This document shows, in pieces, positions 17,585-27,361 of a stretch of DNA of 57,712 nt. The stretch lies in the IMG/VR virus record IMGVR_UViG_3300024309_000001, positions 1 to 57,712 of that record; one strand, given 5' to 3'. The position numbers were made by a program, and so were the translations under genes. Position 1 is the stretch's first letter; every line of letters starts with the position of its first letter. The notes under the pieces were generated by a model. It did not search any database and had not been told where the DNA came from. It worked only from the letters and a program-made list of their open reading frames with translations. Origin of the DNA: a virus. Its lineage: Duplodnaviria; Caudoviricetes.

Positions 17585-18711
17585 TTGATCCTCTGGTAGA
17601 GAATGGCGTCACCGTCAGCGGTGGTGTGTTCGTCGGGGATGCCGATGGCGGGGAGCTGGATGCCGGTGGCGGCGATGTCTGAGTAGTAGGCGACCGCAAC
17701 GAAAACTCCGTCGCCATAAGCGACTGAGAACCAGGATTTGCTGGCGGGCATCGTTCGCTGGATCCAAGTAATGCCGTCGGGCGACGTGGCGAACACATCA
17801 GACGCTGCCCCCGCAGAACCTGACACGACGAGAAACACCCCACCGGCGTGGATAACCGACCGCCACTGCCCAAACGCGGGCAGGGTTTGCAGTGTCCAAG
17901 TAGTGCCGTCGGGGCTGGTGGCGGCGGTGGCGGAGTTGCCAGCGACTGCAACGAAAACCCCGTTACCGTAAGCAACTGAATACCAGTTCGTGTTTTGCGG
18001 CATGACGGGCCGCGCCCAGGTAACGCCGTCTGGACTTGTTGCCACAGCCACGCTGCTAGAAACTGCCACGAAAACCCCGTTGCCGTAGGTGACAGATTGC
18101 CAGTTTGCCGAGGAGGGCAGTGTTTGCTGGGTCCAGGTGATTCCGTCGGGGCTGGTAGCTGCGGTGGCGGAGTCGCTAGCGATTGCCACGAAAACCCCGT
18201 TGCCGTAGGTGACAGATTGCCAGTTTGCCGAGGAGGGCAGTGTTTGCTGGGTCCAGGTGATTCCGTCGGGGCTGGTAGCGGCGACAGCATACCCAGAGGC
18301 GACCGCGACGAAGGTTCCGTTGCCGTAGGTGACAGATTGCCAGTTTGCCGAGGAGGGCAGTGTTTGCTGGGTCCAATTAACACCGTCGGCGGAGGTTGCT
18401 GCGGTGGCGGAGTTGCCAGCGACTGCCACAAACAACCCACCACCGTAGGCGACCCCCCGCCAATACGCACTGACGGGCAGTGTTCGTTGGGTAAACACTA
18501 CCTGATCGCTGGGCACCCCAAACTTCCCTGACGCCTCTGGGTAGGTCGATTCTTCATCGACAACCACACGGCCCGAGCGCAGGTAGACCGCACCAGACGG
18601 CGATTCATACAGGGGATCGGCCTGCAACGCGGGGCAGTCTTGGAACCATGCGCTACCGCCAACTGGGGTCGCGCTGCCATAGTTCAGGAGTTTGCGGATA
18701 CTTTGGGTCAT
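17581..18711 (-). CDS. Beta-propeller receptor-binding-like protein B
   Basis: About seven 40-aa repeats W.SVTYGNGVFVAV...ATSPDG.TW. Confidence 0.8.
   Translation of the reverse strand: MTQSIRKLLNYGSATPVGGSAWFQDCPALQADPLYESPSGAVYLRSGRVVVDEESTYPEASGKFGVPSDQVVFTQRTLPVSAYWRGVAYGGGLFVAVAGNSATAATSADGVNWTQQTLPSSANWQSVTYGNGTFVAVASGYAVAATSPDGITWTQQTLPSSANWQSVTYGNGVFVAIASDSATAATSPDGITWTQQTLPSSANWQSVTYGNGVFVAVSSSVAVATSPDGVTWARPVMPQNTNWYSVAYGNGVFVAVAGNSATAATSPDGTTWTLQTLPAFGQWRSVIHAGGVFLVVSGSAGAASDVFATSPDGITWIQRTMPASKSWFSVAYGDGVFVAVAYYSDIAATGIQLPAIGIPDEHTTADGDAILYQRIK
18064..18375. repeat. 120-bp period tandem repeat
   Basis: 18064-18159 identical to 18184-18279; partial third copy 18317-18375. Confidence 0.9.
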
Positions 18712-18712
18712 G

Positions 18713-19807
18713 TCATTTCACCCGCATGTAGAGGGTGCCATAGACCGGGTCGTTGGCGGGGGTGCGAATGCCGATAGCGGGTGGCTGGACACCAGTAGCT
18801 GCAATATCGGATTCGATAGCTGTCGCCACGAAAACTCCGTCGCCGTAGGCGATAGCTTGCCACGTTACATCATGCGACGGCAGTGTTTGCTGGGTCCAGG
18901 TAACGCCATCGGGGGATGTATAGGCGTAGCCGTCTTGAGAGATTGCGACGAAAACCCCGTTGCCGTAGGTGACGGACTGCAAGCTCTCGCCACTATCAAA
19001 TACAAGTTGCTGGGTCCAGGTGACTCCGTCTGGGGAAGTAATGATAGAGTTGTATTCAACCGCCACAAACAACCCGTTGCCATAAGTGATGGACTGCCAA
19101 TCGGCGGCAGCGGGTAGAGTTCGCTGGGTCCAGATGATCCCATCGGGGCTGGTAGCGGCGACAGCATACCCAGAGGCGACCGCGACGAAGGTTCCGTTGC
19201 CGTAGGTGATGGCCTGCCAGTTCGTTCGGGTGGGCATGGCCCACTTGGTCCAGTTAATTCCATCGGGGCTCGTAGCGACGGCATCGGAGCCGCTAGCGAT
19301 TGCCACGAAAACCCCGTTGCCGTAAGTGATGGACTGCCACCAGCCAGCGTTCGGAAGCGTTCGCTGAGTCCAGGTAATGCCGTCTGTGGACGTTGCAGCG
19401 ACATTGGAGTCCCAAGCGACCGCCACAAACAACCCGTTGCCGTAAGTGACTATCCACCCGTCATCGGTTGGTAGAGTCCCTAGAGTCCAGTTGACACCGT
19501 CTGAGCTAACGGCAACTTCGTCAAGAGCACCCGACACCGCGACGAACACCCCGTTGCCGTAGGTGACGGAAAACCAGTTCGCGTCGGCGGGCAGTGTTCG
19601 TTGGGTAAACACTACCTGATCGCTGGGCACCCCAAACTTCCCTGACGCCTCTGGGTAGGTCGCATCCTCGTCCACAATACGGTTGCCCGACTGCAAAAAC
19701 GTCATGCCCCCAACCTCGACCAGGGGTTCAGACTGCGCGGGCAGATAGACGCACTGGCCAATCTCGACTTGACCCGCGCTTGCGAGGATTTTTTTCACGT
19801 TGCTCAC
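18713..19807 (-). CDS. Beta-propeller receptor-binding-like protein A (paralog of B)
   Basis: Same repeat unit; GTG start overlaps the upstream stop. Confidence 0.8.
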   Translation of the reverse strand: MSNVKKILASAGQVEIGQCVYLPAQSEPLVEVGGMTFLQSGNRIVDEDATYPEASGKFGVPSDQVVFTQRTLPADANWFSVTYGNGVFVAVSGALDEVAVSSDGVNWTLGTLPTDDGWIVTYGNGLFVAVAWDSNVAATSTDGITWTQRTLPNAGWWQSITYGNGVFVAIASGSDAVATSPDGINWTKWAMPTRTNWQAITYGNGTFVAVASGYAVAATSPDGIIWTQRTLPAAADWQSITYGNGLFVAVEYNSIITSPDGVTWTQQLVFDSGESLQSVTYGNGVFVAISQDGYAYTSPDGVTWTQQTLPSHDVTWQAIAYGDGVFVATAIESDIAATGVQPPAIGIRTPANDPVYGTLYMRVK

Positions 19808-20430
19808 GACACCACCCACCCACGAGAGCCACCCACGAACACAAGGTCCAGGCGCAGCAGGTTCAGGTCCAGCAGCAGGTCCTCAGCAAGACCCATGATC
19901 GCGCTGCCATTGCGGGCCAGAGTGGGCGGTTTGCTGTCCCACGAACCCGACGCATCCAGCACCGCGAGCTGGTCGCCCACGGTTGGGGACGCGGGCAACG
20001 TCGCGGTGAACGCAGCGGTCGCGGTGTCCAGACCGTAAATCTTGCCCGCTGACAGTGTGGTCGCGGTGGACACCACGGCGAATTCTCCGAGGCCCCCGCC
20101 CTGCTCCCACTGTGCAGCGTCAGCTGCGGTCATGCGCAGGCCCACCACGCAAGGAGCGGTGAACGCCCGAGCCGTCGTGCCTTCCTGCCCACGCATCACG
20201 TTGCTGAACGTATTGCTGCCCGCCGTGTGCGTGCGCACGTAGACGATCTCGATGCCGGCAGTGTCCTGCACAACCAACTTGAACCAATCGGCGTCCTTGC
20301 TGATAGCCGCCGTGCCGGTGTTCGCTGTTGGGAACAGGGAGCCGCCGGCCACAATCACCAGCGATGTCGACGCTGCTGTGATGCTGGTCGCCAGTTCCGC
20401 CCGGGCGCCGTCCGCGAATTTCTGGGCCAT
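19804..20430 (-). CDS. Tail fibre proximal protein
   Basis: MAQKFADGA..RGQEGTTARAF..FTATLPASPTVGD. Confidence 0.7.
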   Translation of the reverse strand: MAQKFADGARAELATSITAASTSLVIVAGGSLFPTANTGTAAISKDADWFKLVVQDTAGIEIVYVRTHTAGSNTFSNVMRGQEGTTARAFTAPCVVGLRMTAADAAQWEQGGGLGEFAVVSTATTLSAGKIYGLDTATAAFTATLPASPTVGDQLAVLDASGSWDSKPPTLARNGSAIMGLAEDLLLDLNLLRLDLVFVGGSRGWVVS

Positions 20431-20732
20431 CAGTAATCCTTGATCTTGAAAACCAGTTCGGACTCGTCGAGCCGGCCGCCCACGGTCCTGACCTGGACCG
20501 TTACCTTGTATCGCTGCCCGTCGGTCCCCCCCGACATCCACAGTTTGCAGGTGGTCGCCGTCAGCGCCGACTCCAGGCACACCAGGGATGTGTCGGCAGG
20601 GTCGGTGATGCACTCGACCACGACGTCCTCTATCTCGTCCAGGCTGTCGTCCATCGGCAGCAGCCAGGGCGCGTAGTCGATGTCGTAGTCCTTTTCCTCG
20701 CCGGGCTGCTTCGTACGGGTCGCCAGGATCAT
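20430..20732 (-). CDS. Fibre adaptor protein
   Basis: KQPGEEKDYDIDY..WMSGGTDGQRYKVT. Confidence 0.65.
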   Translation of the reverse strand: MILATRTKQPGEEKDYDIDYAPWLLPMDDSLDEIEDVVVECITDPADTSLVCLESALTATTCKLWMSGGTDGQRYKVTVQVRTVGGRLDESELVFKIKDY

Positions 20733-21820
20733 TGCGATTTCTCCACGGATCGAATCTCCGCCGGGCGCTCCGCGCTGCGGGCCTCAGCAGGGCGCTGCAC
20801 GGTCGCAAACGCGGGCGGCATAGATGCCAGTATCTGGTGGCCCTTGCGCCACGCTGCGCCAGACGTGCCGGCGGCGGACAGGTGTCCATGCACCACCGTG
20901 TTGCCGGTCCCGCTGAGGCGGCCCACGCCGAGCGCGGCCAGGGTGGCGGCGTTGTATCGCAGCGGCAAGGTCTCGACGGTGACCGCGGCGGACCCGGCGG
21001 CGGCCAGAGACGCATACCGGCGCGTCACGTAGGCTGTCGCATATGCCGCCTCAGCGGACCCGGCGGCGGCAAACGCGCCGCTCGCCCGGGCCTGTGCCAG
21101 CAAGTCCACTGCAGCCACACCAGCAGACGCCAAGCCACTATGCGCCAGCGCCTGCGCCGGCCACAGGGCAGCGCAGGCGCTCCGTGCCGATAGCGCGGAC
21201 TGACCGTAGGACTGCCCCACCAAATTAGTGAACGTCCAGCCAGTAGCCTCCAGATTGCCCCAGGCGTCCGCTTGTCCGGCGGCCTTGAACTGAGCAGCAG
21301 AACTGGTAGTGAAATCCACATTCACCGTGGCGCCGGTCGCCCACGACACCGTCGAAAACCCTTTGATCCGATACTGCGGTTCGTTCAGGTACTCGAACGA
21401 CGCCTCAGCGGACCCGGCGGCGTGCAACTCGACAGATATGCCCCGGCCAGCGGCCCACGCATTGGCACTGGCACCGTACATGGCGCTGTCCGCATACGCG
21501 AACGCAGCGGACCTCAGCGCCGAGGTAGATGCGCCTGCGGCACCAAGATCGGCGCCGGCAAAGTAGGATGCCAGCAAGGCCGACTCAGCTCGGCCAGCAG
21601 ATGACAGCCTGCCGTGCGCCAGCGCACCGCCACGGCCGGCGAACGCTCCGGCCCCAGAAGAGGTCAGGGCGCCTGAGGACACGAGCGTCGACGAGCCAGC
21701 AGGGGCAGCGGTCGCCGTGCCATGGGCGGCAAGATCCGCTGGGACGGCGTAGGCGCGAGATTCCTTCGCAAGCTCGAAGGTTGCGAACTCGCCCAGCGCG
21801 AACTCAGCCTGGGCCAGCAT
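20729..21820 (-). CDS. Ala/Gly/Ser-rich filament/fibre protein
   Basis: Low-complexity periodic AAG motifs between structural genes. Confidence 0.6.
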   Translation of the reverse strand: MLAQAEFALGEFATFELAKESRAYAVPADLAAHGTATAAPAGSSTLVSSGALTSSGAGAFAGRGGALAHGRLSSAGRAESALLASYFAGADLGAAGASTSALRSAAFAYADSAMYGASANAWAAGRGISVELHAAGSAEASFEYLNEPQYRIKGFSTVSWATGATVNVDFTTSSAAQFKAAGQADAWGNLEATGWTFTNLVGQSYGQSALSARSACAALWPAQALAHSGLASAGVAAVDLLAQARASGAFAAAGSAEAAYATAYVTRRYASLAAAGSAAVTVETLPLRYNAATLAALGVGRLSGTGNTVVHGHLSAAGTSGAAWRKGHQILASMPPAFATVQRPAEARSAERPAEIRSVEKSQ

Positions 21821-21823
21821 CCC

Positions 21824-22255
21824 TTAGTCCTCGGTGATCGCGCTAGTTGTGCGCAGTCGCGGCACCACCCCGATGTTGTACGGGATCGTAGGATTCAGAG
21901 CTCCCCTGTACAAGATTTTCCCAGCACCGCTCGCGGCCGTGCCGACAGAGGCGTAAGTCGCCGTTCCCGGGGTGCCGGCAGTCATCTCGCCGAACTCAAT
22001 CGGGGCGACAGGACTGACCGAGTTGCCCGTCACTGCCCAACCAGACGACGTGCGATCCACGGCCACGCGAGCGTAGCCGGTGTAATTCACCTCGGAGGTG
22101 GACTGATTGCCGGCCTCGCCCGGGTCGCCGGTATGCAGCGCCAGGTACAGTTTGGTCAACGGGCCAGACGCCGCGTTATCAGCGAGGTTGGCGATGGCGA
22201 CGCCGTTGAAGATCAGTTTCAAGAGGTCGGTTTCAAAAGCATCGGACTTGGACAT
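21824..22255 (-). CDS. Virion fibre/filament subunit
   Basis: LYLALHTGDPGE..EVNYTGYARVAV. Confidence 0.7.
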   Translation of the reverse strand: MSKSDAFETDLLKLIFNGVAIANLADNAASGPLTKLYLALHTGDPGEAGNQSTSEVNYTGYARVAVDRTSSGWAVTGNSVSPVAPIEFGEMTAGTPGTATYASVGTAASGAGKILYRGALNPTIPYNIGVVPRLRTTSAITED

Positions 22256-22274
22256 GGACGGTTCCTCGTGAGGG

Positions 22275-22898
22275 TTAGCTTTGGTTGGGACTGGTGGTGG
22301 TGCCGGTCAGGGCGCTTTGGAATGCCGCGTAGTGCTGGGCGGCCCGGGCCTGAAAGGCCGGGACCGTATCGGCTTCTTTGAGGAAGGCCCGGTACAGGAT
22401 GAAGTCGACGAGCTCCGCGGCGTGCTCGCCTTCCTCGGCGAGCTCGACTTCGCTGTCGGAGGTCTCGATGGCCTCGGGCGGAGCTGCGTAGCTGATCCGG
22501 ACCTGGACGCCGGCGCGTGCCGGCGGGTAGACCTCGTAGACGCCGCCACGCAGCGCGTTGTAGAGGTAGTGGATGATCTCAGCCGACCTCGAGCCGCTGC
22601 GCCATGCGGGCCGGCTCGCCGACAGGGCGCCGTCATCGACAACAGTGATGCGCCGCTGCTTGGGGTGCGAGACGTTCTGGCTGACATCGAACAGTCGGCG
22701 GGACCCGTCGGGCAGCTCCTGCAGGGGGCCATCCACCAGCGTCACGGCCGCCGCCTTCTCGTAGAGGTCGGGCCGCAGCCGGTAGGCGTCCATGCGCCCG
22801 TCGGTCAGCCACTTGGGCAGTTCGTCGTCCGTCCAGTAGTTGGCGTCGGCGTCCTGCAGGATGATCCGCGCGCGCTCGATGACGTCCTTGGCTTGCAT
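22275..22898 (-). CDS. Head-tail adaptor-like protein
   Basis: ARIILQD..WTDDEL..LVDFILYRAFLKE. Confidence 0.65.
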   Translation of the reverse strand: MQAKDVIERARIILQDADANYWTDDELPKWLTDGRMDAYRLRPDLYEKAAAVTLVDGPLQELPDGSRRLFDVSQNVSHPKQRRITVVDDGALSASRPAWRSGSRSAEIIHYLYNALRGGVYEVYPPARAGVQVRISYAAPPEAIETSDSEVELAEEGEHAAELVDFILYRAFLKEADTVPAFQARAAQHYAAFQSALTGTTTSPNQS

Positions 22899-22900
22899 GG

Positions 22901-23128
22901 TCAGCCCTCAATCTCGCGCAGCGCGCCGTATTCGGCGGCGCCGATGTGTTCCAGCCACTCAGCCACGACAACGCGCAGGATGGCGTCCCGGTCATCCAGT
23001 GAATCAATGGACTGGACGCCTTTGGCCACATCCACGAAGTACGCGACCGGAACGACGTGGGCGTTTCCGTCCAGCGTGGTGATGGTGATGTGCGGACGGC
23101 GATCATCCAGATTGGTGACGGTGCCCAT
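22901..23128 (-). CDS. Hypothetical protein
   Basis: 75 aa, tightly coupled to both neighbours. Confidence 0.55.
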   Translation of the reverse strand: MGTVTNLDDRRPHITITTLDGNAHVVPVAYFVDVAKGVQSIDSLDDRDAILRVVVAEWLEHIGAAEYGALREIEG

Positions 23129-23772
23129 CAGAATTCATCCCGGCCGGTACGCAGCGGCTGATGGGCAAACCCATGCTGCGAGTCGTCGGCAAGCATTGCG
23201 CAGTGGTGGTCGAAGAGCTGGCCGTACAGCACGGCGCGTTGCGGATCCGCGTACGGCGCCGCCTGCTGGTGCAGGCGCGCCAGCGCGCCGTCGCGGATCT
23301 GCTCGGCATACCGGGACAGCAGGATGTCAGGGAGTGCGGTTGCATCCCGCGTCGGCGCGACGGCAATCTCCAGGCGCAGGGGCACGGCGACGGTCAGCGC
23401 CGGCACCAGCCGGATGACGCTCGGCACGCGGCAGTAGTACCGCTGAACCTCGGCCGCCGATCCCGCGGTCAGGTCGGCCCAGCCCGCCGGGTACACGGCA
23501 TCCAGATCGGGGCGCGTCGCCGGATCGACCTGCCGGCCAGGCAACCACGCCGCCAAGACCTCGACCACCTGCGAGTCGCCGTCCGGCGCGTCGATCTCCA
23601 TCTCCGGCACGCCGGGTTGGGTCATGATCGTGTCGGCGAAGTCGCGCGCCGCCCGGGTCTTGGTGCAGAACTCGATGGCGGCGTCCAGCACCGCATCATG
23701 GACGGCAGGCATAGGCGCGCCCACACAGAACGGCAACACGAACCGCTCGAAGTCCGCCAAGGCCGCGGTCAT
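23128..23772 (-). CDS. Head-tail adaptor-like protein
   Basis: AAIEFCTKT..IRDGALARL..DPQRA. Confidence 0.65.
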   Translation of the reverse strand: MTAALADFERFVLPFCVGAPMPAVHDAVLDAAIEFCTKTRAARDFADTIMTQPGVPEMEIDAPDGDSQVVEVLAAWLPGRQVDPATRPDLDAVYPAGWADLTAGSAAEVQRYYCRVPSVIRLVPALTVAVPLRLEIAVAPTRDATALPDILLSRYAEQIRDGALARLHQQAAPYADPQRAVLYGQLFDHHCAMLADDSQHGFAHQPLRTGRDEF

Positions 23773-23773
23773 A

Positions 23774-24253
23774 CTACTGCGCGCCCGCCAGACCGCTGTT
23801 GGCCAGGGACACGATCTGCTGGATCATGTCCTCCTTCTTCATGCTGGCGTCGAGCTGATGGTTGAACTGGCTGGCAGAGTAGGTCTGCAGGTCAGCCTTC
23901 GTCATACCCTGAAGGTTCGGCAGATCGAAGGTCTTCTCTTCGCCCTCGCCCTTGGGCGGCTGGCCGGCAGGCGCGGTCGGCTTGCTGCCCGCCAGACCGC
24001 TGTTGGCCGCGCTCAGATCGGTGACGACCATCCCCACGCTTGAGGGATCGTCATCCACCGTGCCCGGGTCCACCTCGCGCCAGATGTCCGCGAAGCGCGC
24101 CAGCTTCTGCGCGACGAGCGGCGGCACGATGTGCACCTGCCCCGGCGTCCACGTCAGTCCCGTGCCCGCCACGTTGTCGGTCTTCTGGGCCTTCTTGCCG
24201 ACGTACTGAATCGGCACCCCGCCCAGCGACACCAACCCTTGTTGACTGTCCAT
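23774..24253 (-). CDS. Virion-associated protein with C-terminal small helical domain
   Basis: YVGKK..DNVAGTGLTW; MTKADL..KKEDMI. Confidence 0.6.
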   Translation of the reverse strand: MDSQQGLVSLGGVPIQYVGKKAQKTDNVAGTGLTWTPGQVHIVPPLVAQKLARFADIWREVDPGTVDDDPSSVGMVVTDLSAANSGLAGSKPTAPAGQPPKGEGEEKTFDLPNLQGMTKADLQTYSASQFNHQLDASMKKEDMIQQIVSLANSGLAGAQ

Positions 24254-24334
24254 ATCGCTTCCTTGAAAAAAGATGGGGCCGAGCATCAGCCCGGCCCCGA
24301 GTAGGCCGCTTGCGCAGCCTTGAGGAGACACCGA

Positions 24335-24754
24335 TTACGGCGCGCCGACCGTCTTGCCAACCACGACGACCTCGTAGGTGCCGGAGGCGTGATCAGCACC
24401 GCCAGCGGTCAGGACCAGCTTGACGGGACGGTTGAAGGTGACGGCCGCGGCGCTGGATCGCTCGACACCGGCGGCCGCCACAGACGTGGTGGCGGCGAGC
24501 CAGTAATCGTCATCGGCTGTCGGATCGTCGCCGTCGAAGGGCTCGAAGCCGAGCTTGGCCGTGGCGCTGGCGCCGGCCGCACCGTGCTTGAGACGGACTT
24601 CGTAGACGCGGACCCCTGCGGGGATGACGCCCAGGTAGAACTTGTCGCCGTTTTCGGGGGCGGCGGTCGCCGAGTAGTCTTCGGACCAGGCATTGCCGGC
24701 CGCGGCCATATGCAACAGCTTGGTATTGAAGTCGGGTGCGTAGAGGCTTCCCAT
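24335..24754 (-). CDS. Head decoration-like protein
   Basis: 139-aa beta-rich protein directly after the capsid gene. Confidence 0.6.
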   Translation of the reverse strand: MGSLYAPDFNTKLLHMAAAGNAWSEDYSATAAPENGDKFYLGVIPAGVRVYEVRLKHGAAGASATAKLGFEPFDGDDPTADDDYWLAATTSVAAAGVERSSAAAVTFNRPVKLVLTAGGADHASGTYEVVVVGKTVGAP

Positions 24755-24816
24755 GGAGAACTCCTTGATGTGATGACGGAAGTTGAGAAAGGCCCACCGT
24801 CAGGCGGGCCCCTACA

Positions 24817-26124
24817 TCAGCTGCCGTTGTTGAGGTTGACGGCCGTGTCCAGCACGACCACGCCGTGATCCGTGGGGATCTTGCTGCCGTGGCTGTCGGG
24901 CACATCGAAACGCAGCTTGGCCTTGCCGCCCATCACTTCGCCGGCGACCTCCAGGTTGCGCTCGAAGTTGTAGCGACGCTCCATCCAGTTGGCGTAGGTG
25001 TCGCTGCCCTGGTTCTTGCCGTACACGTGGGCCAGGGCCTGGGCGCCCAGCAGCATGGCGCGGTCGATCTGATAGCCCGCCGACAGGCTGTTGACCGTGA
25101 CGGAGGATTCCGCCGCCGTGGACTGGCCTGCCTCGGTGCAGTACTTGACGGAATCGCCCGCGGCGAACCGGATGGCCCGGTCGGTCTTGCGCACCAGGAT
25201 GTTGTGCCAGACACCGGCCTCGCCCGTGAACAGCGGGTGGCGCTTGCCGCCCTCGAACGAGGTCGCACGGTTCCAGGCGTTTTGCAGGAACGTGCGCCAG
25301 GTCAGCGAGCCATTGCCGCCGGCGTTGGTCAGCACCGACTGCCACTGGCGGTTGGTGACCAGCAGCAGGTACAGCGGCGAGTCGTCGGCAGCCTGGTCGC
25401 CCGGCAGCTTGATCGGCTGCAGCTTGAACTCCATGTCGTCGATGATGGCGCCCAGGATGTCGATGTGCTCGAGCTTGAAGATGTCCGTGCTGTCGATCGA
25501 TGCCAGGGCCTGGCCGCCTTGAACCAGGGACGAGCCGTCGGCCACGTAGTGGCGGTTGTAGGTCGGCGCCTTGACCGTGTTGACCATGATCTCGCCGTAG
25601 TCGGGATCGCTGGGCAGGGGCACCACCCAGTCGGTGCCGACCTGGTTGCCGCGCGCACCGGCCAGATGCACGATGCTCGACTGGTCATGGAACCGCTTGA
25701 ACCAGCCCTGCAGGTTCGCCATGGCCAGGCCGCGCAGGCCGTGGACCGTGCGCTGCTGGGTCATCTTGCCGCCGGCGTCCACCACCTTGGTGGTCAGGTC
25801 GATGCGAATGTCCATGGACGACATGTCCAGGCGTTCGCCCTTGCCCTCGGCCATCCGGTCACCCATGATGGGTTTACCGCCGGTCTGGTTGATCAGGTCG
25901 ACCGAGACCATGTCGCCCTGCGACTTGGACAGGTCGGTGACCCGCACGATGGGCATGTCCGGCGAGGTCTGGCCTTTCAGCTTGGCTTCGGCGCCGGATT
26001 GCTTCGGCGCGGGGCCGGTGAGATTGTTGGACAGCGACGGTTGCCGCTGGGTGTTGGCGAACAGTGCGGCGCCGAAGACCTTGCGGGCCAGGGTCGAGCC
26101 GACCGGGATTTGCGTACCAGCCAT
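24817..26124 (-). CDS. Major capsid protein (N4-gp56/DUF4043-like)
   Basis: PIVRVTDLSKSQGD..GGKMTQQRT..HPLFTGE..DHGVVVLDT. Confidence 0.85.
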   Translation of the reverse strand: MAGTQIPVGSTLARKVFGAALFANTQRQPSLSNNLTGPAPKQSGAEAKLKGQTSPDMPIVRVTDLSKSQGDMVSVDLINQTGGKPIMGDRMAEGKGERLDMSSMDIRIDLTTKVVDAGGKMTQQRTVHGLRGLAMANLQGWFKRFHDQSSIVHLAGARGNQVGTDWVVPLPSDPDYGEIMVNTVKAPTYNRHYVADGSSLVQGGQALASIDSTDIFKLEHIDILGAIIDDMEFKLQPIKLPGDQAADDSPLYLLLVTNRQWQSVLTNAGGNGSLTWRTFLQNAWNRATSFEGGKRHPLFTGEAGVWHNILVRKTDRAIRFAAGDSVKYCTEAGQSTAAESSVTVNSLSAGYQIDRAMLLGAQALAHVYGKNQGSDTYANWMERRYNFERNLEVAGEVMGGKAKLRFDVPDSHGSKIPTDHGVVVLDTAVNLNNGS

Positions 26125-26142
26125 GGGGTGTTACCTCCGTAA

Positions 26143-27255
26143 TTACGAGAGGCGTGCCAGCTCCGCCTCGATCTGCTCGGGCGACATGGTCATGAACCGC
26201 TCGGTGAGGGCGGTCGAGGACAACGACGTCAGAGCGTCCTGAAGGGATTCAGCGGCCGGCTGGCCGCCAGGGATATCGGAAAGCGTGGAGGGACCGCTGG
26301 AAGCGGCGTCGGCTTTCGCCAGGGCCGCCTTCACGCGCGCGTCGGTATCGGCTGACAGCTGCTGGGCGGGCGGTTCGGTTTTCGCCTTTTGCCCGGGCAG
26401 CTCGATATCGCCGTTCGCGGCCTCGTACATGCGCACCGCGGCCTCGAAGCGATCGGACAGCGGCCGGTCCTTCCAGGTGGCCATCTTTCCGAGGGTCGTG
26501 TCGAGCGCGGCGATCGCCATGAACGTGTCGGGGTCAGTGGCACGAACGTGCGCGAGCTTGGGGACGGCATTGATCGCGTCTTCGACGGATATAACCGCCT
26601 GGACACGGGTCTCGCGCTCGGTATCAGCCGTGGCCGCATGCGCGGATTGCGCCTGCTCGGCCAGTTGCTGGTTGCGCTCGATCAGCTTGTCGATGACGCC
26701 CGCGATCTCTGGGGATTCCTCCCGCAGGGTCGCCAGCGCCGATTCGTCCACGATGTCCGCGATGTCACGCGTCTTGCTGGCATTGCCGGTCTGGATCTCG
26801 TTGGTCAGCGCTTCGAGTTTCCCCGTCAGCTCCTGCACCATGATTTCCGCCCGGGCCGCCCGTTCACGCGTAGCCCGCAGTTCCTCGTAGGGAATGACGT
26901 GCTTGCCATCCTTGCTTGCGACCCCGGCCGGCTGCTGCTCCTGCTGCTGTCCTTCGGCGGTGGCGGGTTTTGCGCCCTCGCCTTCGGCCGCAGCGGCGGC
27001 ATCCTTCCCCTTGTCCTGCTCCGTCGTCTCCGTGCCGGTGCCGGGCGCATCACCGTGCTTCTCGCCCTGTTCATTCGCGGTGGCTTCGGTTCCCTGTTCG
27101 CCTTCGATCTGCTGCTCGGGCTGGGCGGCCTGCGACGTGTCGCCGGCGGCCAGCGCCTCCAGATCAGCGCCCGCGGGTGCGGGTGCGTTCAGGGGGTCCT
27201 TCAGGTACGCATCCATGTCGAATGCGGGGGTGTCCGTGGTCTGTTCCGTGCTCAT
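26143..27255 (-). CDS. Scaffolding protein
   Basis: Acidic, coiled-coil, between portal and capsid; KDGKHVIPY. Confidence 0.75.
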   Translation of the reverse strand: MSTEQTTDTPAFDMDAYLKDPLNAPAPAGADLEALAAGDTSQAAQPEQQIEGEQGTEATANEQGEKHGDAPGTGTETTEQDKGKDAAAAAEGEGAKPATAEGQQQEQQPAGVASKDGKHVIPYEELRATRERAARAEIMVQELTGKLEALTNEIQTGNASKTRDIADIVDESALATLREESPEIAGVIDKLIERNQQLAEQAQSAHAATADTERETRVQAVISVEDAINAVPKLAHVRATDPDTFMAIAALDTTLGKMATWKDRPLSDRFEAAVRMYEAANGDIELPGQKAKTEPPAQQLSADTDARVKAALAKADAASSGPSTLSDIPGGQPAAESLQDALTSLSSTALTERFMTMSPEQIEAELARLS

Positions 27256-27292
27256 TTCCTCGTGCTCCTAGTTGTCGGATAGGTCCGAATGC

Positions 27293-27324
27293 AAAAAAGC
27301 CCCGGGCGATTGCTCACTCGGGGC
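27293..27324 (-). terminator. Intrinsic terminator after portal
   Basis: GCCCCG..CGGGGC followed by a T-run. Confidence 0.75.
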
Positions 27325-27361
27325 GCGTGGTGGCCGTATCCCTGGCCTGGGAAAATCGGTG

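Noticed and set aside
18064-18375. CRISPR-like array
   Set aside because: The 120-bp units are in-frame propeller blades, not short repeats with unique spacers
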